A stretch of 64,000 nucleotides of DNA from Cirrosporium novae-zelandiae (lineage: Eukaryota). This document shows positions 62,985 through 64,000 of the stretch, in pieces (positions within the stretch are counted from its first letter, which is position 1; each line of letters starts with the position of its first letter). Below the pieces are notes generated by a model. That model made no database searches, was not told where the DNA came from, and worked only from the letters and a program-made list of their open reading frames with translations. The stretch is taken from assembly GCA_026023565.1 (NCBI GenBank), contig JAPETS010000024.1:248001-312000 (forward strand). The letters run 5' to 3'. Made by a program: the position numbers and the translations under genes.

Positions 62985-64000
62985 ATGAGTCGCTTAGAAG
63001 CTCCACCAAGAAGCCCTTTCTCGGGCGCCGTTGTTGCAATGGGACCGCAAAGAAACGTCCCTACATTGCCATCATCGGTAGCTTCCTCGGAATCACCGTC
63101 TGGAGGAGATCCCATGGATGTGACTCCCCCAACTTCTTCTGCAATGGGCCCCCCAAGACAGAATAGCCCAGAGGCAGACCATAGTAGTGCGAACCACAAC
63201 TCAGGAGCAGGAGAGATAAATACATCGAATCCAATTTCTTCGGGTCCTGTTGTAGGTGCGGCAGCCGCAGCAGCAAATGCCTCTCAGCAGCCAAAAGTTG
63301 TACAGACGGCCTTTATCCATAAATTATACAAGTATGTCTCTAAGCAGATCTGGATAATGGACAATTCACTGAACGTCAATAGTATGCTTGAGGATCAGAG
63401 TATTCAACATCTCATTTCCTGGTCCGCGAATAATGACAGTTTCATAATGTCTCCTTCAAATGAATTTTCAAAAGTTTTATCGTGAGCTGCAACCTTGCAA
63501 TCGCCGAGATTAGAGATGGTTGCTGATAACCGCAGACAATATTTCAAACATACAAATATTTCTTCTTTCGTTCGACAATTGAACATGTATGGATTTCACA
63601 AAGGTACTATGAATTCGTCCTATTTCGACGAGTAAGATGATATTAACATGATGATAGTAAGCGACGTTTTTCATAATGGCTCCCCAGAGTCTCCATTATG
63701 GGAATTTAAACATGGAAATGGAAATTTCAAAAGGGGAGATTTGATCGGTCTTCGAGAAATCAAACGAAGAGCCTCAAGACACGCACTTATTCATCGGGAA
63801 TCCTACCCCAACCATCGATCAAGTATATCCCAACCAGGCACGCCGGCCGAACCAATGCCGGATACGACAGAGGCGAGACTATTACATTTGGAGCATCAAT
63901 TATTTGATATGCGAACTCGTCTAAACCGATCGGAAGAGAACCAAAACGTGATGAATTCAAAGTTTCAGGCACTTGCAGATGGGCTATTGCGTTGCCATCA
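62985..64000 (+). CDS. SFL1: HSF-type transcription factor, Sfl1/Mga1 subfamily, 5' part only
   Basis: TAFIHKLY|MLEDQSIQHLISWS...QYFKHTNISSFVRQLNMYGFHK|VSDVFH...WEFKHGNGNFKRGDLIGLREIKRRASR. Runs off the end of the window. Confidence 0.88.

Noticed and set aside
1..64000. tRNA, rRNA, CRISPR arrays or intact transposase/RT genes
   Set aside because: None recognised by eye. A tRNAscan-SE/Infernal/RepeatMasker run would be needed to exclude small ones.

Overview
Gene-dense, intron-containing eukaryotic DNA from a filamentous ascomycete (Pezizomycotina; short GT-AG introns with CTRAY branch sites, microsatellite-rich spacers). About 26 protein-coding genes can be supported. Most are housekeeping genes: flbA/RGS (partial), CDC73, ORC4, an Ady2/AcpA transporter, DDI1, a GNAT, SAP30, SEC27, YCH1, a RING-H2 E3, SAM50, UBC6, HRI1, CYC3, a UbiB kinase, a 2OG-Fe(II) oxygenase, an aldo-keto reductase, an SmgGDS-like ARM protein, a UPF0651 protein, DPM3, XPT1/HPT1, an F-box protein and an Sfl1-type HSF (partial). 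The most unusual item is an orphan 4-exon gene (22856-26183, ~1044 aa) that by eye fuses a degenerate OTU-like domain to an insertion-laden DEDDy 3'-5' exonuclease. Other highlights are a hidden CENP-P/Ctf19-like kinetochore gene, a decayed D-amino acid oxidase pseudogene, a candidate solo LTR, an intron splitting the DDI1 start codon, a structured long intron in the purine phosphoribosyltransferase gene, and a recurrent intergenic TACCTAGGTA palindrome. All family calls come from motif recognition by eye; no searches were run. I saw no tRNA, rRNA or CRISPR features.
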